A stretch of DNA of 62,705 nt. Source: Candidatus Woesearchaeota archaeon (GTDB taxonomy: Archaea; Nanobdellota; Nanobdellia; Woesearchaeales; JACQSR01). Every line of letters begins with the position of its first letter. Within the stretch, counting starts at the first letter, position 1. Location: NCBI GenBank assembly GCA_016211215.1, contig JACQSR010000026.1:1-62705 (forward strand). Direction: 5' to 3'. Shown here piece by piece: positions 7,915 to 16,895 of the stretch. Made by a program: the position numbers and the translations under genes. The notes beneath the pieces are model-generated. The model searched no databases. It worked only from the letters and a program-made list of their open reading frames with translations, and was not told the DNA's origin.

Positions 7915-8634
7915 TCAGGAATAACCCATTACAATGAACTTTCCTTCCAGTGCGGAGTCAACCAGCTTCTGCGCGGCCTTATAGGTGCCATCCGCATCAT
8001 AACCCACAATCAGCATCTGCACAAATCCGTTGTTCTCGTAAAGCTTAATCATTGCCTTTTTGTTCTCCAAATCCGCATTGCAATCCGATATTTTCATCAG
8101 CTCCTTTGCCTTGGGGTTGTCGCACGGATTCCCTATGACAATGGCATTCCTGTCGAGAACGCTGCTTACCTCATCATCAAGCACGGTCATTGCCCTGTTG
8201 TCCTCTTTTTCAACAAGCTCGTTTAAAGTGCCCGCAATTATGGTTGCAGATATCACATCCTTTGCAGGCGCCTTTCTTCCAACAACAATTATGGTATTGG
8301 CAACAGTCTTTCCGCCAAGCTCACCCAAAAACAATTCCGGAAAGCTGCTGAGGTCAACATCAGCATCTATCTTTTCTATGCCCCCGTCAAGGCTCACATC
8401 ATCGCCATTATCAGGACTTTCATCTTCTTCAGGAGCCGGATTGCTTGAAGCGGCTGGCTGGATTTGCGCACCTGGCTGTATCTGCTCTTCGACTGGTGTT
8501 TGTTTCTGTGCAGGCTGAATTTCCGAATTAGAAGCAATATTTTCCACAATTGGAACGGTTGAATCAGGTAGCATTGGCTCGTCGCATCCTGCCAGAATAA
8601 ACAGCATAAAGATGACGGCAATGGATTTTTTCAT
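7915..8634 (-). CDS. Lipoprotein with S-layer-protein-like C-terminal domain
   Basis: Lipobox ILAGC, low-complexity linker, IIVVGRKAPAKDV and IVIGNPCDN motifs reminiscent of archaeal S-layer C-terminal domains. Confidence 0.65.
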   Translation of the reverse strand: MKKSIAVIFMLFILAGCDEPMLPDSTVPIVENIASNSEIQPAQKQTPVEEQIQPGAQIQPAASSNPAPEEDESPDNGDDVSLDGGIEKIDADVDLSSFPELFLGELGGKTVANTIIVVGRKAPAKDVISATIIAGTLNELVEKEDNRAMTVLDDEVSSVLDRNAIVIGNPCDNPKAKELMKISDCNADLENKKAMIKLYENNGFVQMLIVGYDADGTYKAAQKLVDSALEGKFIVMGYS

Positions 8635-8681
8635 GGTAATTCCTCTGCATATGGGGATTGCGCTATCCTATAAATACTTTG

Positions 8682-10415
8682 TCATGCATTCAAATATTTT
8701 CTTATCCTGATAAACAAGCCTGCAGGATTAAGTATTGTTGCCTGTTCCACCATCTTATAGGCGGTTGATTGGCCATCCTTGTCAAAAGAAGGAGGCAATT
8801 GATGTGTTTTGGAAAATCTCAATTGCCCAACATCGCCCCTTGCGTAAGTTTCCCTCTCATGTTCCCTAAGCTCGGGAAAGCCTGCAACATTTTGGTATAG
8901 GTTTGTTCCCTCAATCTTATGCTGGGAAGCAAGAAGGCATAATGACAATAAATCACCTTCTCTAAGTCCGAGGTCAAATCCTACTGTAGCTGCCCCGTAC
9001 GTGGAATCCCCGGCGCCCAATGTAAAATACACAGTTTGTACCTTGTGGTTGCCCCATATGAGATAATCGACCTCGAGATTTTCTGTATTGGGGGTATCTC
9101 CTTTGCTTCGCTTGCACACCCAAATTCCGGAATCTCCGAAGGTTGCAATCGCCTTCTTGCCCCTGGTCTTGTTTGAGAGGTACCTCACAAGCTTTTGCGG
9201 GCTGCTTTCATCCGCACCAAGACTCTTTCTTTCCTTATCCGTCCATAGGTGATTGCCAAGCATTTCTGCTTCGTCCTTGTTGAAAATAAGAACATCGACA
9301 AGTCCAAGAAGTGATGTATAATATGACTCCGTGCTGAAACTGGAATCTTCACCTGCAATTGAGCTTACAGTTGACTGAAAAGTGCCGCTTGGTAGCATAA
9401 AAGCCTGGAAATTCTCCCCCCTCTCGGCCCTTAGTCTTCTCAACAGCGGCGGCAAATTAGTAACCATCGAGCAGTTCGCCATGGAGCTTAATGCAATCCT
9501 GTCAATTCCGTGCTTTGCGACATATTCGATTATCCTTTCCCTGTATGCAGCTGCAAGCTCTGGCGAAAGATCGGCCTTCCTTTTCTCGTTTAGCACAAAC
9601 CTGTCAAGGTACCTTTCAATATTCCCTTTTTCATCGTAAATAATCGGCCTTATTATCGTGCTTTTTCTTGGGGGATATCCCTGCACTGGAAAAATCTCGG
9701 TCGTATAGCCATAAGTTTTCTCCTGCTCGGAGAATATTTTAGTGAATTCGTCAACAAGGCTGGGCTCTATGCCGACCATGAGGTGGGTGTGGTCTTCTAT
9801 TCCCAAAGACTTAATTAATGCCCCCCTCGCCCTTGCAGCATTTGTTGTATTGCCCCCAAGATACGGTGTCTTGTGTTTTTCCAGGGGAAATACTTTCTTT
9901 TCCCTTTCATCCAGATGCCTTGAGGTGTAATCCTGTTTTCTAAACCTATCCTTGCTGGACTCAACAACCCTAAGCTTGTCTCCATCAGAATCTGAGCCGG
10001 AATACTTGTACTTTTTCCCGAGCTCTATAACTACCCCCTCCACACGCCTGTTGTCTCCAGGATTGGTGAAAAGCTTAATCCCGCCATCCGGAAAGGGGTT
10101 AAAAAACAAATGGTCAAATCTCAGCAACGCACCAATAGGCATAACCAAATATTCCCCTTTTCCTTCTGCGCCGTCGTTGCAAATAAACACCTCGTGCCTG
10201 TTGCCGTTGTCATCCCTTACATAAAGTCGCTTAGTCTCTGTGCTTCTGATAATCGCTAAATCATAATTTTCATCCAGCGTGGCATAAGGCCCAAGAAACA
10301 GTGTCTTTTTTGCAATCCCCTCCGATTGCCTTCTCCTGTACAATTCGGCAATCTGCCCTATCTGCCCATCCACTACATCGTCAATGGTTTCTTCAGTTTT
10401 TGCCACTATGCCCAC
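8682..10415 (-). CDS. Divergent PfkB/ribokinase-family kinase with long N-terminal extension
   Basis: LGGNTTNAA, FNKDEA, TFGDSG and TLGAGD motifs; GTG start. Confidence 0.7.
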   Translation of the reverse strand: MGIVAKTEETIDDVVDGQIGQIAELYRRRQSEGIAKKTLFLGPYATLDENYDLAIIRSTETKRLYVRDDNGNRHEVFICNDGAEGKGEYLVMPIGALLRFDHLFFNPFPDGGIKLFTNPGDNRRVEGVVIELGKKYKYSGSDSDGDKLRVVESSKDRFRKQDYTSRHLDEREKKVFPLEKHKTPYLGGNTTNAARARGALIKSLGIEDHTHLMVGIEPSLVDEFTKIFSEQEKTYGYTTEIFPVQGYPPRKSTIIRPIIYDEKGNIERYLDRFVLNEKRKADLSPELAAAYRERIIEYVAKHGIDRIALSSMANCSMVTNLPPLLRRLRAERGENFQAFMLPSGTFQSTVSSIAGEDSSFSTESYYTSLLGLVDVLIFNKDEAEMLGNHLWTDKERKSLGADESSPQKLVRYLSNKTRGKKAIATFGDSGIWVCKRSKGDTPNTENLEVDYLIWGNHKVQTVYFTLGAGDSTYGAATVGFDLGLREGDLLSLCLLASQHKIEGTNLYQNVAGFPELREHERETYARGDVGQLRFSKTHQLPPSFDKDGQSTAYKMVEQATILNPAGLFIRIRKYLNA

Positions 10416-10462
10416 CTGCTGCAGGGACTAGCCATCAGTATAAAAACGTTGTTAAGAAAAAA

Positions 10463-10614
10463 TGCCCCGAACGAGATTTGAACTCGTGTCTTTGCCTATC
10501 TCCAATCGGGGGCTTGAGCGAAGCGAAACCCCCATGCATATTTTGGTCAAGCTTTTTGCATCGCAAAAAGATTGCGAGAGGGCAAAATGATTGGCCGGGC
10601 TACACTATCGGGGC
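10463..10614 (-). tRNA. tRNA-Glu(CTC) with a 77-nt intron at 37/38
   Basis: Acceptor GCCCCGA/TCGGGGC, anticodon stem TTGCC/GGCAA, T-loop TTCAAAT; 75 nt after splicing. Confidence 0.92.
10498..10574 (-). other. tRNA-Glu intron with bulge-helix-bulge and two internal hairpins
   Basis: Central helix CTCT/GGAG, bulges CG|C and AT|A, lower helix AATC/GATT; hairpins at 10552-10570 and 10508-10533. Confidence 0.85.
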
Positions 10615-10650
10615 ATTTTATACGGCAGAACTTACGAAGGGTATTTAAAA

Positions 10651-10809
10651 TTACTCATCATACTGTCCTTTGACCTTGTATTTCTTAGAATTCACAATCC
10701 CATCATACCACTTGTCGTAATCAGTCGAGGCGCCCTTTCGCATCATAAGCCTGTATGCCAGGTAAAACACGAACGCCACGGCGGATGCCCCCACAATTAG
10801 AGATTCCAT
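10651..10809 (-). CDS. Small single-TM protein (52 aa), not in ORF track
   Basis: Manual translation MESLIVGASAVAFVFYLAYRLMMRKGASTDYDKWYDGIVNSKKYKVKGQYDE; fills the intergenic gap. Confidence 0.65.
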   Translation of the reverse strand: MESLIVGASAVAFVFYLAYRLMMRKGASTDYDKWYDGIVNSKKYKVKGQYDE

Positions 10810-10894
10810 GCCTGGAATTAAGGCGTATTCTTATTTAAAACTTTCTGTGCCTTATTTAAGAAGTTTTAAATATAACCCCATTACACCTATTTTT

Positions 10895-11068
10895 ATGGAT
10901 GAAGAAGACGAAGGCAAGGACAAGGAAGACGAGAGTGTCTACGATGACGAAGGCAGGGAGGAGATGGTTGCGGATGACGAGCTTTCCCCCGAAGAGGCAG
11001 CCTTCATGAAGGGCTATGACGACGCAGAGGAGGAAAAAAAGTCAGAAGCCAAAGAGGAAGAAGAGTAA
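10895..11068 (+). CDS. Small highly acidic protein (57 aa)
   Basis: MDEEDE...ELSPEEAAFMKGYDD; start moved to ATG 10895 downstream of a TTTTAAATATA box. Confidence 0.65.
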   Translation: MDEEDEGKDKEDESVYDDEGREEMVADDELSPEEAAFMKGYDDAEEEKKSEAKEEEE

Positions 11069-11076
11069 TATGTTCT

Positions 11077-11658
11077 ATGGTTAAAATTTTAAGGTCTGCC
11101 GAAGCGTTTCTTCCCACACCTTATGGAGACTTTAAGGTTATCGTATATGAATGCGATGACAGGCACGAGCACTTGGCGCTCATAAAGGGAGGGGTTAAGG
11201 GCAAGGCTAATGTTTTGGTGCGCGTCCATTCGGAATGCCTCACGGGAGACGTTTTATCCTCCAAGAGATGCGACTGCCACCGCCAGCTTGTAGCTTCGCT
11301 TGGCATTATAGGAAAGCAGGATGGCGTTCTTCTGTACCTGCGCCAGGAAGGCCGTGGCATAGGTCTTCTCAACAAGATAAAGGCGTATGCACTGCAGGAT
11401 AAGGGCATGGACACCGTTGATGCAAATATCCACCTTGGATTTAAGGCGGACGAGCGCGACTACAGGATAGGTGCAGCCATCCTGAAGGATTTGGGCATAA
11501 CATCAATAAGCCTGCTTACCAACAACCCGGGAAAGGTTTCAGAGCTGGAGAGCAACGGAATAAATATAGGCGAGAGGGTTCCATTGCCTGTAAAGCCAAC
11601 AGAGTACACCAAAAAATATCTTGACACAAAAAAGAAAAAGCTAGGGCATATCTTCTAG
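11077..11658 (+). CDS. ribA: GTP cyclohydrolase II
   Basis: RVHSECLTGD, RCDC, QEGRGIGL, LLTNNP. Confidence 0.95.
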   Translation: MVKILRSAEAFLPTPYGDFKVIVYECDDRHEHLALIKGGVKGKANVLVRVHSECLTGDVLSSKRCDCHRQLVASLGIIGKQDGVLLYLRQEGRGIGLLNKIKAYALQDKGMDTVDANIHLGFKADERDYRIGAAILKDLGITSISLLTNNPGKVSELESNGINIGERVPLPVKPTEYTKKYLDTKKKKLGHIF

Positions 11659-12561
11659 GATTTTTTTTAATCTTGCTTTGTTTTCGGTTATGGACTTCTT
11701 GTTCTTCATCTGGAATCCCAGGCTTAGGTTGCCAATCACATTCACAAATCGGTATATCCTGTCGCGCTTTTCAAATTCTCTTGAGATATTCCCGCAGCTT
11801 AGGTATCCTTTTATGAACTCCCTACCCGGTTTTTTGTCTTTCTCAAACATGAACAGCATTGATTTTGAGATGTCAAGCTCGTTATGGCCGCCGAGAGCCC
11901 ATTCAAAATCAATCACCCCGGAAACCTTTCCGTTCTTGATGAAAATATTCTGAAGGTGGTAATCCTTGTGGAGCAGGCATGGAATACCCTCGACTTCAAA
12001 CACATCTGAATTCTTGGCATACGCTTGCTGTATTGCTGCAATCTCGCCTTTTTTCAGATCCCCATATTTCTTTGCCACAGACATCTTCTTCTTGAAGTCA
12101 TAATCCATGAAATCCTTCCACCTGCCGAAGCTTGGCTTTATGGCATTCCCAATTATCCACCCGTAACTTCCCATCTTTATGGAGTGTATCTTGGCAAGGC
12201 ACCTGCCCATTTCCCTTATCGTTCCTTTTCTCAGCTCAGTTGCCTTCATGTGCACCTTTCCCTCCGAGAAAGACATGAGCAGGTAGGGTTTCGGAATAAT
12301 GCTGCAGGAGCTATCGGAACAATAAACTTCAGGAACAGGTACGTCTGTGTTCCCCTTTATGAGGCCGTAAATGTATTCCTCCTTCTTGGCCTTCCATCCG
12401 TCTTTCGGGTAAATCCTCACCACTATTTTCCTGTCAGGATTCTTAATCTCGGCAATCCAGTTCTCATTGAAAAGTCCGCGCGCAGGGGGGAATATCTTTT
12501 TTATACTGCATCCGGGAAATCTCTTCTTCAGTACTCCCTCAATCTGTGCATGCGTGGTCAT
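11641..12561 (-). CDS. Aminoglycoside phosphotransferase/choline kinase-like protein
   Basis: Brenner motif HKDYHLQN and GVIDFE. Confidence 0.85.
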   Translation of the reverse strand: MTTHAQIEGVLKKRFPGCSIKKIFPPARGLFNENWIAEIKNPDRKIVVRIYPKDGWKAKKEEYIYGLIKGNTDVPVPEVYCSDSSCSIIPKPYLLMSFSEGKVHMKATELRKGTIREMGRCLAKIHSIKMGSYGWIIGNAIKPSFGRWKDFMDYDFKKKMSVAKKYGDLKKGEIAAIQQAYAKNSDVFEVEGIPCLLHKDYHLQNIFIKNGKVSGVIDFEWALGGHNELDISKSMLFMFEKDKKPGREFIKGYLSCGNISREFEKRDRIYRFVNVIGNLSLGFQMKNKKSITENKARLKKILEDMP

Positions 12562-12616
12562 GCAGTAAGCGCCCTTTGCAGTGTATATAAATCTTTATGC
12601 GCATCAATTGGGAAAA

Positions 12617-12817
12617 TTATCGGCCTGTGAGGTAATCAAACATCTCAGAAATATCATGCATGGTTTCCTTTGCCCCTTTCAGCCAACCGCCAACTATGCG
12701 CTCGTAAAGCCTTCTGCAGGGTGACAATGGTCTGGCACCAACCAATTCACTCTCCAGCGAATCTGCAATGCGATGTTTGCTATAATCATCCTCAACTCTT
12801 GAAGTAATCTCTTCCAT
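12617..12817 (-). CDS. Small hypothetical protein
   Basis: 66-aa ORF in the gap, downstream of a TTTATTAA promoter-like region. Confidence 0.4.
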   Translation of the reverse strand: MEEITSRVEDDYSKHRIADSLESELVGARPLSPCRRLYERIVGGWLKGAKETMHDISEMFDYLTGR

Positions 12818-12899
12818 AAAGCCAGCTAATCCTGATGAATTAATAAACCTTATCCTGCGATGCGTTAACCTTTTAAATCAGAGCCTTATTTTCAGCATC

Positions 12900-13970
12900 A
12901 TGATTCCGCACCGAAAATACATCGAGATGGCGCTCAGTCTTGCAGAAAAGGGCCTGGGAACAGTATCCCCCAATCCCATGGTTGGCTCGCTGGTCGTTAA
13001 GCGTGGCAAGATTATAGGCCGCGGCTTTCATAAGCGGGCCGGCGAAGACCATGCAGAGGTAATTGCATTGAAGCAGGCGGGCAAAAGGGCAAGGCACGCA
13101 ACGCTTTATGTGACATTAGAGCCATGCTCCCATTGGGGGCGTACTCCTCCGTGCACTGAAGCAATCATAAAGTCAGGCGTTTCCGAAGTGGTCATAGGCA
13201 TGAAAGACCCAAATCCTTTGGTTGATGGATTCAGGATATTAAAATCCCGCGGCATTAAGACGAGAATTGGCGTGCTTGAAGAGGAGGCAAGAAGGATGAA
13301 CGAGGTTTATGTAAAATATGCCAGGACAAAAAAGCCTTTTGTAATCCTCAAGGTTGCTGCCAGCCTGGACGGAAAGATTGCCACTTCCACAGGAAAATCC
13401 AAATACATCACAGGCGAGGATTCCAGGAAATATGTCCATAAGCTTAGAAGCGAAGTAGATGCAGTGATGATAGGCATAAACACCCTTATAGCAGACGACC
13501 CATTGCTTGATTCAAGGCTTGTTAAGGGAAAAGACCCCATAAAAATAATCGTTGACTCCAAGCTAAGGATGCCGTTAAAGGCCAGGATAATGAAGGCGCC
13601 TGAAAAGATTATTGTTGCAACAACTGTCAAGGCCCCAAAAAGCAAGGTTAAGCAATTGCAGCAGAAAGGTGTAAAGATAATAGCCACGCCCCCAAAGGCA
13701 GGCTCGGTAGACCTTGAAGCCCTTATGAAGGAGCTGGGCAATCATGAAATAACCTCTGTTCTCATAGAGGGCGGCAACAGGATAAACTCCTCGGCATTGA
13801 AGGAAAAGGTAGTTGACAAGATACTTATATTCACTGCCCCCCGGCTCATTGGAAAAGGCCTTGATGCATTTGGAGACCTCGGGATAAAGAACCTTGACAG
13901 GACCATTAACCTGAAAAATATCTCCACAAAGAAGATAGGCAAGGACATCCTTGTGGAAGGGTATATATGA
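12900..13970 (+). CDS. ribD: Bifunctional riboflavin deaminase/reductase
   Basis: PNPMVG, HAE, TLEPCSHWGRTPPC, SLDGKIA, IEGG. Confidence 0.95.
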   Translation: MIPHRKYIEMALSLAEKGLGTVSPNPMVGSLVVKRGKIIGRGFHKRAGEDHAEVIALKQAGKRARHATLYVTLEPCSHWGRTPPCTEAIIKSGVSEVVIGMKDPNPLVDGFRILKSRGIKTRIGVLEEEARRMNEVYVKYARTKKPFVILKVAASLDGKIATSTGKSKYITGEDSRKYVHKLRSEVDAVMIGINTLIADDPLLDSRLVKGKDPIKIIVDSKLRMPLKARIMKAPEKIIVATTVKAPKSKVKQLQQKGVKIIATPPKAGSVDLEALMKELGNHEITSVLIEGGNRINSSALKEKVVDKILIFTAPRLIGKGLDAFGDLGIKNLDRTINLKNISTKKIGKDILVEGYI

Positions 13971-14566
13971 GCGTTGATGATGCCATCCGTTCTTTGAGGA
14001 ATGGCAGGTTTGTGATTATTCTGGATGATGAACAGCGTGAAAATGAAGGCGATTTGGTCCTGGCAGCGGAAAAGGTCACTGAAGAAAAGCTGAACCAGAT
14101 GCTAAAGATTGCCCGGGGGATATTATGCGTTCCCGTTGATGCAAAGCGCCTCGACGAGCTCAAAATACCCCTGATGGTTGCCAACCCAACGGACAAGTTT
14201 GCAACGCCATTTACTGTATCCATAGACCACCATTCCACATCTACCGGAGTATCTGTCAAAGACAGGGTTAAATCGATAAGGGCCCTGTTGAACCCAAACT
14301 CCAAAGCAGGGGATTTCCTCAGGCCCGGGCATATATTCCCTCTGAGGGCCCACGGGCAAGGCCTTTTTGGGAGAAGGGGCCATACAGAAGCGGCAATAGC
14401 GCTGATGGGCCTTGCGTCGCTTTATCCTGCAGCCCTGATTGCGGAAATCATGGACGACAATGGCAGGATGGCAAAACGCACCCAGCTTAATGCGCTGGCA
14501 AAGTCCAATGGCATCGGGATTGTAACCATAAATGAGATTTATGGCCAGGTAAAAAAGAAAGTTTAA
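13967..14566 (+). CDS. ribB: 3,4-dihydroxy-2-butanone-4-phosphate synthase
   Basis: DDEQRENEGDL, FTVSID, RPGHIFPL, RRGHTEA. Confidence 0.95.
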   Translation: MSVDDAIRSLRNGRFVIILDDEQRENEGDLVLAAEKVTEEKLNQMLKIARGILCVPVDAKRLDELKIPLMVANPTDKFATPFTVSIDHHSTSTGVSVKDRVKSIRALLNPNSKAGDFLRPGHIFPLRAHGQGLFGRRGHTEAAIALMGLASLYPAALIAEIMDDNGRMAKRTQLNALAKSNGIGIVTINEIYGQVKKKV

Positions 14567-14592
14567 TAAATATTCTCTCCGAGATTGGGAAG

Positions 14593-15237
14593 ATGAAAAT
14601 AACAATAGAGCGTAAAGTTTTCAGCAAGTTCGAGGATTTCCACCTGGGGGTTGTTCTGCTCAGGGGAATCAGCAACAGTGGCAGTGACCGGAAGATAGCA
14701 TCTTTAATGGAAGAAGTTGCTGATTTTATCAGGCTTAATTTCTCAGCTAAAAATAAATCCGGGTCTGCAACCATATCCCCTATGCAGGCAGCATTGCGGG
14801 ATTTTGGCGAGACACCCATAAAATTCCATTCTTCGGTTGAAGGCATGATGAAAGCAATACTTGCGGGCAGGAAGCTGGAAAGGGCAAGCAAGCTTGAGGA
14901 TTGCATAAGTTATGTGTCGCTGAAGAACATTGCACCAATAAGCGGCTATGACTTAAAATCAATTGGCAGCATTGCTCTCGGGGTTTCCGGGAAATCCGAA
15001 GTCGTGATTAGCGACGGAAAGAAGGTTATAGCAAGGGGCAAGAAAATATCTGAAAGGGCAAGGTTAAGCGCGTCCACAAAGGATGCAGTTGTGTTATTCA
15101 GCGCATTGCCGCCGATTACAAAGCCCGCTCTGTTAAGGATAATGGCAGAGTTCAGGGATGTTGCTGAGATGTTCTGCGGGGGCAGTTATGCCTCTTATGT
15201 ACTGGGTGAGAAACAGCCAGAGATTATGGTAAAATGA
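14593..15237 (+). CDS. Stand-alone B3/B4 (PheRS-beta-like editing) domain protein
   Basis: Resembles COG3382-type proteins (SSVEGMMKAIL, ISLK..PISGYDL); 4-nt overlap with argS. Confidence 0.6.
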   Translation: MKITIERKVFSKFEDFHLGVVLLRGISNSGSDRKIASLMEEVADFIRLNFSAKNKSGSATISPMQAALRDFGETPIKFHSSVEGMMKAILAGRKLERASKLEDCISYVSLKNIAPISGYDLKSIGSIALGVSGKSEVVISDGKKVIARGKKISERARLSASTKDAVVLFSALPPITKPALLRIMAEFRDVAEMFCGGSYASYVLGEKQPEIMVK

Positions 15238-16895
15238 AAGAAATAGTTGAAGCTTTGAAGAATGTAGTGGAAGCTGAAATTCAGCTTGAAGTGCCACCGG
15301 ATACAAAGCTTGGTGATTACGCATTTCCGTGCTTCAGCCTTGCGCGCATCTACAAAAAAAGCCCGCAGGAGATAGCAGTCGAATTGGCAAAAAAGATAGT
15401 AAAGCCTGATTCTGTTGAGAAGATAGAGGCAAATGGGCCTTACATTAACTTTTTCCTGAAAAAGTCTTCCATTGCGCATGATGCGCTGAAGCAGGCCATA
15501 ATGGAAGATTATGGAAGAAAGCAGCAGGGCAAAACCATAATGGTTGAGTTTCTTTCCCCCAACACAAACAAGCCGCTGCACCTTGGCCACCTGAGAAACA
15601 TCTTTCTTGGAACTGCAGTTTCAAACTGCCTCGAGTTTCTTGGCAACAATGTAATCAAGGCAAACCTGATTAACGACCGGGGTGTTCATATTTGCAAGTC
15701 CATGCTTGCATACCACAAGTGGGGCAGCAATGCAGAGCCAAACAAGAAGCCTGACCACTTTGTTGGCGACTTTTATGTCATGTACAGCTCCAGGGAGGAT
15801 GACGCATTAAAGGCTGAAATCCAGGACATGCTGGTTAAATGGGAGCAGAAAAACCCCGAAGTTAGAAATCTCTGGAAAAAGATGAACAGGTGGGCATTGC
15901 AGGGTTTTAAGCAGACATTCGGGAAGATTGGATTAAAGTTTGACAAGGAATATTACGAATCGAAGATATACAACAGGGGAAAAAACCTTGTAATTGGTGG
16001 ATACGAAAAGGGAATTTTCCAAAAAGGCGGTGATGGAGCCATTATAATCGACCTGGAAAAAGACGGGCTTGGCCAGAAAGTGCTGTTGAGGGCAAATGGT
16101 ACATCTGTTTACATTACCCAGGACCTGTATCTTGCAATCGAAAAGTTTGAGGACTTTCCCATCAGCAGGTCAATATATGTCGTGGGGTCTGAGCAGGACT
16201 ACCATTTCAGGGTTCTGAAAATAATCCTGAAAAAGCTGAATTTCAGCCACGCTGATGACGTGTTCCACCTCAGCTATGGCATGGTTTTCCTTCCCGAAGG
16301 CAAGATGAAATCACGCGAGGGAAAGGTTGTTGACGCTGACGACATAATTGATGAAATAATCTCGCTTTCAAATTCCGAAATCGGAAAAAGGTACCCCAAG
16401 CTTTCTGAAAAGGAGAAATCCAGAAGAGCCTCCAGGATAGGCCTTGCAGCCCTGAGGTTTTATCTTCTCAGGATAGACCCTTCAAAATCAATGACATACC
16501 ATCCCGAAGAATCCCTGTCATTTGAAGGAGAAACCGGCCCTTACGTGCAGTACACATACGCAAGAATATCCTCCATACTGAGGAAGTATGGCAAAAAGAT
16601 GCCGGAAAACGTTGATTATGCCCTTCTGGACAAGGACCTCGAGATTGAGATTATCAAACTCATATCAGGCTTCCCGGATGTGGTTGAAGATGCCGGAACA
16701 AGGCTGAAGGTTCACGTCATACCGCACTTCCTGCTGAACCTGAGCCAGGCTTTCAATGAATACTACCACAAATACCCAATTCTGAAGGAAGCATCAAATG
16801 TCAGGGATGCCCGCATAGTGCTTATATCCTGCGTCAGGCAGGTAATACGCACAGGCTTGGAACTTTTGGACATTGACGTTTTGGAAAGGATGTAA
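15234..16895 (+). CDS. argS: Arginine--tRNA ligase
   Basis: SPNTNKPLHLGHLRN (HIGH), GKMKSREG, FEGETGPYVQY. Confidence 0.97.
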   Translation: MKEIVEALKNVVEAEIQLEVPPDTKLGDYAFPCFSLARIYKKSPQEIAVELAKKIVKPDSVEKIEANGPYINFFLKKSSIAHDALKQAIMEDYGRKQQGKTIMVEFLSPNTNKPLHLGHLRNIFLGTAVSNCLEFLGNNVIKANLINDRGVHICKSMLAYHKWGSNAEPNKKPDHFVGDFYVMYSSREDDALKAEIQDMLVKWEQKNPEVRNLWKKMNRWALQGFKQTFGKIGLKFDKEYYESKIYNRGKNLVIGGYEKGIFQKGGDGAIIIDLEKDGLGQKVLLRANGTSVYITQDLYLAIEKFEDFPISRSIYVVGSEQDYHFRVLKIILKKLNFSHADDVFHLSYGMVFLPEGKMKSREGKVVDADDIIDEIISLSNSEIGKRYPKLSEKEKSRRASRIGLAALRFYLLRIDPSKSMTYHPEESLSFEGETGPYVQYTYARISSILRKYGKKMPENVDYALLDKDLEIEIIKLISGFPDVVEDAGTRLKVHVIPHFLLNLSQAFNEYYHKYPILKEASNVRDARIVLISCVRQVIRTGLELLDIDVLERM

